A DNA stretch of 64,000 bases, from positions 2,728,001 through 2,792,000 of the forward strand of contig MU058213.1 in assembly GCA_013265495.1 (NCBI GenBank). Reading direction: 5' to 3'. The number at the start of each line of letters is the position of its first letter. The first letter of the stretch is position 1. The position numbers were made by a program, and so were the translations under genes. The stretch is from Vicugna vicugna (Eukaryota). Shown piece by piece: positions 26,091 to 37,559 of this stretch. The notes under the pieces are model-generated. The model made no database searches. It was given only the letters and a program-made list of their open reading frames with translations, and had not been told where the DNA came from.

Positions 26091-28145
26091 TGTTGGTGGG
26101 GATTTATTACCTAAGAAATAAAAACCAAACAGCCTTAGGAAATTCAAGATTGAGAACTAGAGTCATTGGAGTTCAATGCATTTGCCCCTGGTTTTTTCCC
26201 ACACCCACTGGGCACTTTCAAAATTGGATTATCTCAGATCCTAGGGGACTGACAAGATGATCCACTGCAGCGTGATAAGAAAACACCTGAATTGTTATTT
26301 TACAACTATACATGTACAAAAATGAACAAAGAACTAAATTTCACGTGCTCTATGGGTCAATAATATCTCTGCGGCAGGTGCATTCCCAGCCCTCTGCCAC
26401 TCTAAAATGGCCGGGGAAGTCTCCCCATACAGAGTTGATGAGAGTGGTACCTTTACTTATGAGATTGCTTTTAATACACTGCAACGTATGTCATTATATA
26501 CAAAACTGGTTAAATGGATTTTCAATTTATGTTGTCTATATTTGACCAAACTAACACTGATGAAGAAAAAAAACTTTTAAAAATTTCTGCAAAAAAATCA
26601 GTTTGGCTATAATAACCAATATGAAAGCACAAGTGGGCAGTAAATCAAAGCAGAGAGAATCCTATTCCTACTTGAAGTACAAGCCCTATGCCAGCTTTCA
26701 GATTAAAAATACGACAATCTAATTAAATCCGACAAGGAGGAGGCTCCGAAGACTTGCATTTGTCAAGATTCTTTTAAATATAGACCTACACTGACATTCA
26801 CTATTGTGACCAGAGAACCTTGTCCTAAATATACACTGTGAATTGAGATAGTGGCTGAGCATGTGTGAAGCCATTACCACCCTGAAAAATTAATGATCTG
26901 GAATCTGAAGACAAATCTTTACAACGTTATGGCAAGTCATGTGATTCTTAATCCCAGAGAGGAGAAATTCCATTAAATATAATTTAAAAAAATAAAAGCC
27001 TCTTCTGGGACTTCTTATCTCACAGTGCAAAGCCAGGAAAAGGGCATGGCTTTGGGAACAATACTTGATCTGGGTGAAGCAGTAAAAACAGCTGGAAAAA
27101 CCCACTGAACACAATATAGTGACCAAAATGCATTCCCAGCACATAATGCTTTCAGAGAATGCATAGGTACATTTCTGAAATTCTGAAGACATGAGTATCA
27201 GAATAAATTACGTAAGTGTTGGGGAGTTGTCATACAGCTGGATGAAAGAACAGATGTTTCTAACATCTCAGCATATGATGATTGCTATGTTCTGTCAATA
27301 AGGCATCAAGAACTATTCTTTTGTGAAACACTAAATGAAAGAGTACACACATGCACACATTCCCAACAGGAAATGTATTCTTTAAAAAAAATACAAGGTT
27401 TTATGGGAAAAAAATACGAGTGGAGCCACTGACGGAGTTGTACTTTAAGTAGAATCTTTAAATGACAGATTAGACAGAGAGATGGACAGACTGATAGATA
27501 GGTAATTCAGATTCATCCAGTTATTTAACGACTCATTTATTCCAAAGTAATATATTCTTTTACTGCATCAGCAAGCAATTACAGTAAAAGTTACAACCCA
27601 AAATGCACAAAGTACTAAAGGATGTCATGAAGTTGCTGTGTAAAAATTAGGATTTTAAAATACAGTAGAGTATTTGAAATCCCTAATTAAGAGATGGAAA
27701 TAAAGCATTAAAGTTTTTGTACACACAGAACGTTGCTCAGGGCAGAGCACTAAAGAGAGCTGCAAAACTTAGAGGTAAGTTATACATTCTTTTTACAGAG
27801 AGAATAGTCTTCAATCTCTTTTATGATCAGTGCTTCCAAACAGTTTAAATATATATATACACATTTAATTTACCCTTTCAAGATAAAGGTAATACTTTAA
27901 CAATGAGTGGAAAGTAATTTCTTTTAGAAAAATACTTTTTTTTTTAAACTTCAGCAAGAATATTTTGGGAAATGATACTTGGCACTTTTTCTAGAATTGT
28001 ATCATTTTGATGCCAAGCACAATCTAAGTATACTACCCACTTTAAAATTTGTCATATATACTCACTTTAATATTTGGAAACATAATAGTCTAACCTAACT
28101 TCAAAGATCTTTCAAAAAGCTTCAGTGGATTGTGGGCTCACTTAC

Positions 28146-28433
28146 TTAAAAATATAAAAAGGCAGCATCTTTGATTATTTTGCAAGAACAAGTCAGCGAT
28201 CAACATAGAAGACGGATATGTTCTGCATAAATTTTTAAAAATTTTGCACAATTGCTGCTTAAAATTGAAATATGAAGGTCCGTGGTCAAAATGTCTTTCC
28301 ACTCTGAGTGTGCAACGAGAATTGTGAAGAGCGTATCTACTGGAAGGAATGGGACATTACCTCTCCTACGTCTTCTTTCCTCAAGAATGATCACCAGTCG
28401 ACTACGTTCGGTTCTACTTCTTGCTTTGTCCTT
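28146..28433 (-). other. Candidate exon of the minus-strand host transcript (alternative donors at 28361 and 28146)
   Basis: Acceptor tag|AAG (NAGNAG) at 28433; donors GAG|GTAATG (28361) and TAA|GTAAGT (28146); 9 CpGs in ~290 bp of unique sequence against a CpG-poor background. Confidence 0.5.
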
Positions 28434-29679
28434 CTATTTCATAAAATGGCACTATTATTTAGATTAGCTGTTAGTACTACTACTGATACACTAATAACAT
28501 CTACACATCATTTTCACTATACAAGAGAGTAATTTCCACCATACTTAACAGCTCAGAACTCTTACAAATAAATACACACACACACGTATGATATGAAATG
28601 ACTGTGTACATTGCCAGTAACGTCTTGTCTTCTGTTACGTCTGATTATTCTTTACTGAGTCCTACACATTATAAATGAAGATCAGTAGAAATAAAGGCTC
28701 TACATGATGTCAGTTATTTTCTTACAGAGAGGTTTAATATCTTACTTTTGTTTGAGACATAATAATCCAAGATTATATTAATTCAACTAGGAATTGAAAG
28801 GATGTAAAGCCGGGCTTAATCCTGAGAAGACTGAACTATTACCGGCTCATTATTATTCCTACAATAAAGCATTTCAAAATTCTAGGCGTCTGGGCTGTTT
28901 GCCAGAGACCACTCCTTGTCAAGCCCTACACAAATATTGTTTCCTCTCCGGGCCTATCTTCACCATGTCTTTTCTACTTTATATTGGAGTTTTCTCAGGA
29001 AAGTAATAAATCACTTCTGGTCCCCACTAGGACCACATTTATCAAAGAACCTCTATGTCTAAGCAATCTCCAACCTCCACTCCCTAAAGCAAGTATCTAC
29101 AATAGCAGTTATATGGAAATAAAATAATTCTTGATAATTTACTTTGCATGCCGCAGAGAAAGAATATGAGCCTACTCTTCATAAGATGTGTCAGAGGTAG
29201 ATTTTGAAACATTCTTCACTATAATGTACTAGGAAAGAGTAAGAATCAGCTAGCAGTAGGCTAATTTTCTATTTCAAATACCATATTTAAACTGAAATTG
29301 CAATTTCATAATTCAAAGGTTTTTTAGCTTTTTTCCTTTTTTTTTTTTTACTTGAACAGAGAAAAAAATCATCAGGGACACAGAAAAGTCTTGCTTAATT
29401 CTCTCATGTCCCCTGCTCCCTTAGCTAGACTAAAATCTTTAAAATTGGGGAAATGATTATTATCATTGCTTAAATCATTAACATAATAACATTCATCATC
29501 ACCATTGACACAGAGAATTTTAAATACATAACCACAACCCAGCAACTCAGATTCTGTAAGCAAAATCTTTTTTTTTTAATGTCACAGACACAAAATAAAA
29601 ACTAATTGCAGGTTACACACTGCATTTAACCTAGCACCCAACTCATTGTCTTTAAGTGCTAATACGAAGTTAATTTGTT

Positions 29680-32600
29680 TAATTCAGTTCATTCAACAAG
29701 TACTTATTAGGCACCTATGTGCCAAAGACATATTGATATGCTGAGCATATAGTGGTGAACTCAAAGTTTCAGCTCTCATGGAATTTACATTCTTGTTAAG
29801 AGAGGCAGGTAATGAATAAACACAAAGATAAACACAAAACACATCTTATCAGATGATAACAAGGGCAATAGAGAAAAATAAAGTAAAAGAGAATTAGAGA
29901 AGTGGGCAAGGAGGGATGCTATCTTATTGTCAGGATGATAAAGTGATATTTGAAAAAAGACCTGAAGGGATTGAGAAAGTGAGCTATGCAGATATCTGAG
30001 GAAGGAGCACACAAGGCAGGAAAAAAAAAAAAAGCAGGTGCAAAGGTCCTGAGGTAGAAGCATGCCTGGTATGTTCTGGTAACAGGATGGAAGCCAGAAC
30101 ATATGTACTCAAAATGGGTTTAGAATGGAAAGAGTGCAGCTATCATGTTTAGGGCCTTAAGGGTTATTATTAGACATTTACCCTCAAGTAAGACTTAGAC
30201 ATTTACCCTCAAGTACAGGAAGTCACTGAGAGAGAAGTTTTAAGCAGATAAGTGACAAGATCTGACTTGCACTATTAAAAGATCACTCAGATTTCCAGGT
30301 TGAAAGTAAAAAAAAAAAAAAAAGCAGGGTATGGGGCAGAAGGAAGCCAAGAAACCAGCTTTGAGCCTATTGCAATAGCCCAGCTAAGAATGATGGTGCT
30401 TAAAGTGGAATGTTGACATAATAATGGTGAGATGTGGTCAGATTATAAATATTTTCTGAAAATGGAGCTGAACAGCTTCAGCTGACAAATGGAACAGGAA
30501 GGTAACAGATGACTTCACAGTTTTTGGCTTAGGCAAGTAGAAGGATGAAAATGTTATCAACTGAGATGGAAAAGACAAGGCCGATGAAAACTAACTATGG
30601 TGTAGCTGGATTCATTTCTAGAAATGATAAATTTTAATAGCTAAATTTTAGTCACATCTGCAGGGTGATGTTGAGCACATCATAAAATATAAGAATCTGT
30701 ATTCTGGGAAACAGAGACATAAATTTGGAAGTCATCAGCTGATTGATAGTATTTAAAGTCTTTGCAGTTGGATATGATCACCTAGGTAGGGAGCATGAAA
30801 ACAAAATAGCAGAAGTCTGAAGACAGAACCTTGGGAGATTTCAATATTCATTTGGAAATGAGGAAGAGGCACACTGAGAATTAACTGCCAGTCAAGTAGG
30901 AAAACCAGAGGTTGGTGTCCAGAAAGTCTAGCGGAAAAACATTTTCAAGGAAAGTAAACTGATCCAGTGATCAAATAAAGCTGATAAACAGCAAGAAAAA
31001 GACTAGGAATTGACCACTGGGTTTAACAACATAGTAGTAATTTTTAAGGCTTCCATGGAATGGTGGAGATAAGGCCTCATTAAAGTGAGTTCAAGCAAAA
31101 ATGGGAAAAATTAGACTAAACAGATTGAGACAGCAAGTGCAGACAACAATTTTCAGTATTCTGCTGAAAGAAGCTTAGAGAACTAGAACAAGCACTGAGG
31201 AGGAATTAGAAGTTAAGCAAGTTTTATTTTTAATTGAGAGTATCATAGCTCATTCGAATAAACCAATAATGGAGGGAAACTGATGGTGCAGAAGAGACAG
31301 GCAGCGCCATCACCTGAGTCACGTCCTTGCGAGGGGAGGGAAGCGAGTCTAAAAGCAAAGGGCTGGCCTCCAGCAGAGGCACAGACATCTCAGCCACAAC
31401 ACACACAAAGCAGCGTACAGACACAACAGCCGCCAGCACGGCTTCAGCTCTGCGAGTAGGAAGAGAACTGGATTCAGCCAGTTTTCAGGATCTTCTGGAA
31501 GCACACAACATAGGAAGGAAGAGGCCATGAAGGTATATGCAAAGTGGAGAGGATGATTATGGTCTATAAATGCTTCATGAAAGTGGAAGTGAGGACATGT
31601 GGTGTGTGGAGATATTGCAAAAGTACTAAAATCAATGGATTGTAGGTCCTAGTACGGTTTAAGAATTTGCGAGGGGTGGGGGGGTTGTCAGTGCACTAGA
31701 GGAAGTGAGCTGGGAAAAGAGGAGTGGTGTTTGGAGGCTATGATGCTCAAAACGACGATTATGGAGGAGCGCAATCACAGGCAATGCCAGCATCTACTTT
31801 ATGGCCAGAGAAGTGAGTGCCTGAGAGAGGATGAAGGACACGGTCACTGGAGGAGAGGAGGTCAAGGAAGTGAGATGGCCGAGACGTGGATAATGAAACT
31901 GCTTACTATTTAACAAATTCATTGTCTCTCCACACATATAAAAATTATATATAGAATTATGTGTACTATATACATACCTAGAAAATTCAATCTCTATATA
32001 TACATAAATATATACACACATACACATATAGTGGAGAATTTACTAGATAGGTATATATAATTCATTTTCTCTCTATATATAGATACACACATATATACAC
32101 ATGTACATATACATTCCAGTATCTATGTGTGTATGTATGTACATATATAGACATATACACTTACACACTGGAGAGAGAATTTGCTAGGTATGTATATAGT
32201 ATATATAATTCATTCTCTCTCTATACAGACACACACACACACAGACTGGAGAGACAGAAAGAGAGGAGAAAATGAATTTGCTAGATATTAAGAGTTTGAA
32301 GGACTGTGGGAGAGAAAGAGACCTGGGGTCTATAGATGCTTGCAGCAAGGTGGAGTAATGAATAGCATAATCTGACAGCCTGAACTTCAAGTCTGGGTGT
32401 TTTTAAGGAGAACAGTCTGAAAGGTACCAAGAGATTATATATTTCCAGGCCCAGAGGCAGAAAAATTACACAGGAAAAAAATACCCCCTCTTTCAAAGGC
32501 TTCACAAGAAGCAGTTCCTTTAGAGAGAGTCAAGCTTCAGAGAGCAAACAGGTGAAAAAAAAGTCTAGAAAATAAAAATTCAGAGGGTTTTGCTAATAAC

Positions 32601-33000
32601 TGACAGAGTCCTAGAGTACTCATTGGAAGGTATGGGGAGTAGGAAGGGAGAAAGATTTTACAAAAAGTAAGACTTTTTTTAAAAAGTACGATTTATTGCA
32701 ATGAAGGATGAATATGAATGATGCAAGGTGACTTGGAAATGTTGGGGCTCACACAGTAATTGACAGAAGTAAGAACGAAGGGCACAATCTGATAGTTCTG
32801 GATCCTTCAACAGGATGCAACAGAGAGGCAGCAGGTGTTGGTGAGAATGGAGGAAGGCATCTGAGCAAGAATGTTTAAAGCCCTGGGACCCCCTCTTCAC
32901 TCCTACACATGGCGCTGTGAGAGCGAGAGAAGAAACCACATTTGATGAGATAATCTAAAACACATATACAGCAAAAAATATGATCTGCTAAGACACTTAT
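29680..33000 (-). mobile_element. Long L2 remnant (~3 kb), interrupted by a complex microsatellite
   Basis: Reverse L2 terminus ttcattcaacaagtacttattaggcaccta, then a continuous run of L2 RT-region motifs (aaagatcactc, aaatttggaagtcatcag, gaattgaccactgg). Confidence 0.75.
31910..32285. repeat. Complex TA/CA microsatellite with direct and inverted sub-repeats
   Basis: Recurring gaatttgctag and aattcatt(t/c)tctctctata units; 25-bp inverted pair at 31964-31988 / 32177-32201. Confidence 0.8.
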
Positions 33001-33304
33001 GCAACTCAGTTTGAGCCAAAATATTGTAGGGTTTGTGGAAAATCTAGTATTAAAGATTTGATTTAAAAAGAAAAAGATATAAAAGGTAGTTTGCCTTCCT
33101 TGGCTCTGAGAAAATAAACCAGTCTCAATTTTCATTGCATTGTCAGACTCTCCACTTATTGGTTGGGTATCTAAATATTATCGAGGTTTTTTCAATCATC
33201 AGCATAAAATACCCACACTGCAAACAGGCAGAGAATCCAAATCTGAACTGAAGCCAATTCATAAAAACAGTAACTACAGAACACTCACCTATCCAAGCAC
33301 TAGG

Positions 33305-33455
33305 CTCAAGCTCTTCGTCCCATTTAACACATGCAACAGATCTGTATTATTCTAATTTTTCAGAGGAAGAAACCGAGGCACAGAGAAATTTAACCGTCCT
33401 AGGTCATATAGTGAGTAAATACGGAAACATGATGTGTCTGAGCTGAGAGCACTAT
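33305..33455 (-). mobile_element. MIR SINE
   Basis: ttttcagaggaagaaaccgaggcacagagaa...aggtcatatagtgagtaa reverse MIR core. Confidence 0.7.
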
Positions 33456-33484
33456 TTGAAAACACAACCTGTAACAGGCTTCTG

Positions 33485-33657
33485 TAGTATTTCTCAAAGT
33501 GCAGTCCCCAGACCTGTGAATCTATAAGAAATGCAAATTCTAGGACCCCACCTCAAGCCCACTGGATCAGAAATTCTGGGGGTGGTGTCCAGGAACCTGT
33601 ATTTCAACAAGACTTCCAGGTGGTTCTGATACACAATGAAGTTTCAAGACTCCTCTT
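33485..33657. mobile_element. MER5A hAT MITE
   Basis: ttctcaaagtg...agaaatgcaaattctaggaccccacc...tcagaaattctggggg...ttcaacaagacttccaggtggttctgat. Confidence 0.8.
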
Positions 33658-33719
33658 CTAAAGTAAGTAGGAATGAAGTATCAGATTATTGAGAAAATGA
33701 TTAAGGGCTGGATACTTAC

Positions 33720-34012
33720 CTATCATTCTAGGTTCCTGAAATTCTCTCTCACACGAGTGTGTGTGTGTGTGTGGGTGTGGGTGTGGGCGTGGGTGTGTAG
33801 CTGGGTGGCTATGACTACGTGGGGCAGAGATCTAGTACTAGCTAATCTCTCTCCCTCGTGAAACCTTCAGGATCACTATTAGCTTCAGGATTTAACTGAA
33901 GACTGCTGTGACGACCCAACAATTTGGAAACACATTCAGTTTCCAATTTAGCCATTGTGAGGATGTCAACATTAGCACAGCTCTTGTTCTTACTTTCTAG
34001 TTTACTAAATAC
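33720..34012 (-). other. Candidate 293-nt exon, non-coding or 5'UTR-like, containing a 37-aa ORF
   Basis: Strong acceptor ctgtttcttcag|G at 34012 and consensus donor TAG|GTAAGT at 33720; unique sequence; stops in all three frames. Confidence 0.55.
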
Positions 34013-34882
34013 CTGAAGAAACAGTAACTTGCTCTTCAAGACACTGACGTGCTCATTTGCACTACAAACTCTGATGACTTTTAAAGACGTGTTGTGAACT
34101 GAGTGTCTCAATTTTACCAGAAGCAAGACTTCACAAAACAGGACAGTTACACTGTGAGGCTGTAAGACAAGAAAACTGCCATGACGTTAATCTGACTTTG
34201 TGTAGGGAACACCTTGTTAGAAAAGATGTGCTTGCTGCCACAGAGCTGTTGCTAGGGGCAGCTCAACTGCTCAGACAGCCACTTAAACTCTTCCTTGCCA
34301 GTGAACAGAATCAATATGAAATAGAGTACAGCTGACTTCTTTTGCATTACATAAATAGCTGAATTTCAGGGAAAATAGATTTTAAGAAAATCACAGCAAG
34401 ATTTCTCTCACCTATTCTCACACTTTCCAATCAAAACAGAGACCATTACGAAACCAATAATCAGTCTAGCCCTCAGGGCATAAGGAAAAACCAGATCCAC
34501 CAGGAAAGGAGCCTCGTGAAGGGAAAACCCTGCATCCATTACTCATTTTGTGAAGCAGGGCTGGTGAGAAGCAAGTAACCTCATGCACTTGTCTGCTTCT
34601 GCTAACTTTTCTTTTAGCCACCTCACATCTGCTACATCACAGGTATCATCATCATAGACATCACAGAGAAATTATCTTCATTTCATAGAGGAAGAAACTA
34701 AGCCCCATAGAAGTTTAACAAACAGGCATGGAAAATGCTATAATGTTGAGTTTAAGACCTGAATTAGAAACCAGTTCTGTTGATAGTTACCTCTCAGATT
34801 CTGGCCCAATTTCACCTAAATTTTGAGTATGTCTTAGAAGAGTACATGCCATGCTCACTCAACAAACCAGTGATGATCTAGA

Positions 34883-35200
34883 CCGTAATTCCCAAACAGT
34901 TCTGGATCACTCTTTCAGTAGGTCCATGAGGTCAAACACTAGGATATTATTAGACTTTTTCACTTTCATTCACTCATAAATGTACAGTGGAGTCTTCCAG
35001 AGGTGACATGATATACGGTGTATGATGTGGCAATAGACTGAATGCAGAATCAGACAGGAAAATCCAACTTGCCTCTATTAAGTTGTCACCAAAGAGATTT
35101 GTCAAAATGTAAAAAAAAAAAAAAAAGTCAACCATTTGACCTAAATTGTTTGTTTTTGAAAATTTCACAAAATTACATTAACATATAATGATGTTACTAC
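34883..35200. mobile_element. hAT-Charlie DNA transposon fragment
   Basis: ggtccatgaggtcaaa...tgtacagtggagtcttccagagg...tgaatgcagaa resembles Charlie-family left ends; subfamily uncertain. Confidence 0.6.
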
Positions 35201-35209
35201 TGTTTCAAA

Positions 35210-37545
35210 ACCCTACTGTGTGCACAACAGTGCCAGAGAGTAGACCCACAGTGATTAAAAAATAGGCTTTATTCATAGTGGGGGTATAAAACAATTGAGT
35301 GGTCAACACATAATCAATATGTATTACACACTTTGATATATATTTTAAAGAAAAAGAGCAGGATGCTTTTAGGTAGGACAATGAAGTGAGGGAAGTATAG
35401 ATTAGGAAGGTTGTACAGAAGGATAAGGAGGAACCACCACAGAATAAGTGAGAGAAGGGAGACCTGACAGAAGAAACAGCATGGTCTTAAGGTAGTAAAG
35501 AGCTTGAGGAACTCAAGGAACTGAAGTATTAACAAGGAGCTGGAGTATAACAAGCCAAGGAGACTCTGGAAAGGGAGACATCAGAAACTGAGGCAGGGGT
35601 CATATCTTACAAGCTGTCAGAGGTCATGGTGAGAACTTTAGATTTTATTCTGTGTGCAGTAGGAAGTCGTTAATGGATTTTAAACAGTGAGATGGCACAA
35701 CACGGGCAGTGTTGATTAAAATTAAATCTATTGGACTGGAAGAAGACATTAATAAAAGCTAATCAACAGAGAGAATGGGAAAATTGGTGAATCCGTGAGA
35801 AAATCACTAAAACCTTGCAGAGAACCAGGCAAATTAAGGAGGAGAAACTGCAGAAGAATCATATTCCTTTGAGTAACTAAGTGAAGTAAACACACTTGGA
35901 GACTGACCAAATGAACCAGAACCCACTTGAGGCTGAACTCCCCAGGCATCACCCCAGGTTATCCTGGTAAAGGAACTTTCTCTCAATTCTCAGAACATTA
36001 TAATTCTTTAAAAGCACCCACTTGAAATAAACAGTAATTTTAGGCATAGAAATATATGGTCTTATTAGCTCCATCTAGGAGGTCTTGAGAATGGGGGAGC
36101 AATGTAAGTTTATGCCAAAAAATAAAACTAAGTCTGTGTTTGACACATCATCTCTGGCAAGGAACATCAGACTGGGAAATAAACTCATTATATATGTGCT
36201 TTCTGTAAATTGGCCTTGTATTAGAATAACTTTAACACTTACAGCTTAGACTGTTCTCTCTGTTCTTGCTCTCACCCAAAAAAAAACTGGGTCTGCCCAG
36301 TAAGAGAGTGAGAATAAAGCCCTGAGTCAGCAATCTGACTTACACAGTTAAAAGTTCACTGCCACTGCCACCGCCATGTGAGAACAGATTGAGGAGAAGG
36401 GAGCAAAGCTGGAGAAGTTCACTAGGAGGCCACTGTAGTTGCCAAAGAGGAAGATGGTGGTAGCCTGGACAAAATGGTGATGGTGCAAATGGAAAGGTGT
36501 GGATGACCGTGAGACAAGGAGTATGTAAAAAAATTAATGGATATTTTAATATAATGGATTTTGTGAATGAGAAGATGGGTAGAAATAAAATAGGACTCAC
36601 AGATTACCTGGTTTGTTCAGCTGAATAGATGATGATTACACTTACTGAGGTGAGAAAAAGTGGGAGAAAACATGTCGAGTAGGAAAGAAGACAATCAAGA
36701 CTTCGTTCGGACACGTTAGGTTTAACCTGCTTGTGACGTATGTCAGTAGAAAATACCAAAGAGGCAGTAGGATAAAAATGTATAAAGCACCAAGGTAAGG
36801 TTTGGAATGAGATATACATTTAGGCACCACTGGTATGTGTTTTGTAAGCCCTCAAATTTCAAGTGCTCCCTTAACATCCTTGAGTCTCACAGGGCTCCAC
36901 AAGCCTGATCATGAGTTTTCCTGCTCTCTCCAGATACGGTCCCCCACCCAGTGGGAAAGGCTCCCCAGCCAGCTAGTTCCCCTGTCATCTGCAAGTGCTC
37001 TTCCTCACCCAGTCCTCAACCTAAGACATTTCACTTCCCTGACAGCCTGCAGAATTATTCAAGCGAGCCAATCACATACACCAGAAGAAACCTGGGGTAC
37101 ACCACTCACCTGTTACTACAAAGCCTGCCACCCACAGCCCCTGCCTGTTCACTCTATTCCCTTGTGCAATCGCCATGTGACTTCACATGGTCTCCATGTC
37201 CTCCTTCACCCATGTGTGAATATGTGTCTAAAAAATAGTTTCCAGTCTCTCTTGTCCAGTGTTGAGTGTCACGTGTTCAGCCATCCTATATTATTTAGGA
37301 CTGTGGAACCCTCTTTCACCAACAAGGTAAACAGAAGGTGATCAGAACAGTATATAAATAGTATTTAAAACCATTGAGATAGCTGAAGTCACATAGACAA
37401 AAATGTTAGAGAAAAGAAAAGAGGGCCTAACAATGAGAAACAGTCACGGAACAGCAGGGAAAGCTGAGAACTATCTAAAGAGGTAAGAGAAAAACCAGTG
37501 AAGTGCAGAGTCTGGAGGTCAAAGAAAGAATATTTCAAGAAGATG
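35210..37545 (-). mobile_element. Fragmented L2 (pieces ~35210-35720, 36365-36837, 37350-37545; continues ~40040-40610)
   Basis: Collinear reverse L2 motifs (gattttattctgtgtgcagtaggaag, aggaggccactgtagttg, tagtatttaaaaccat) split by later insertions. Confidence 0.65.
36838..37349 (+). mobile_element. Solo ERVL-class LTR (MER74/LTR53-like) nested in L2
   Basis: tgttttgt...gatcagaaca termini; CCAAT motif; near 5-bp TSD gtatg/gtata; L2 resumes on both sides. Confidence 0.7.
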
Positions 37546-37559
37546 ACAAAAAAAAATTA

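Noticed and set aside
36835..37341. 168-aa ORF
   Set aside because: Coincides with a solo LTR; no protein similarity.
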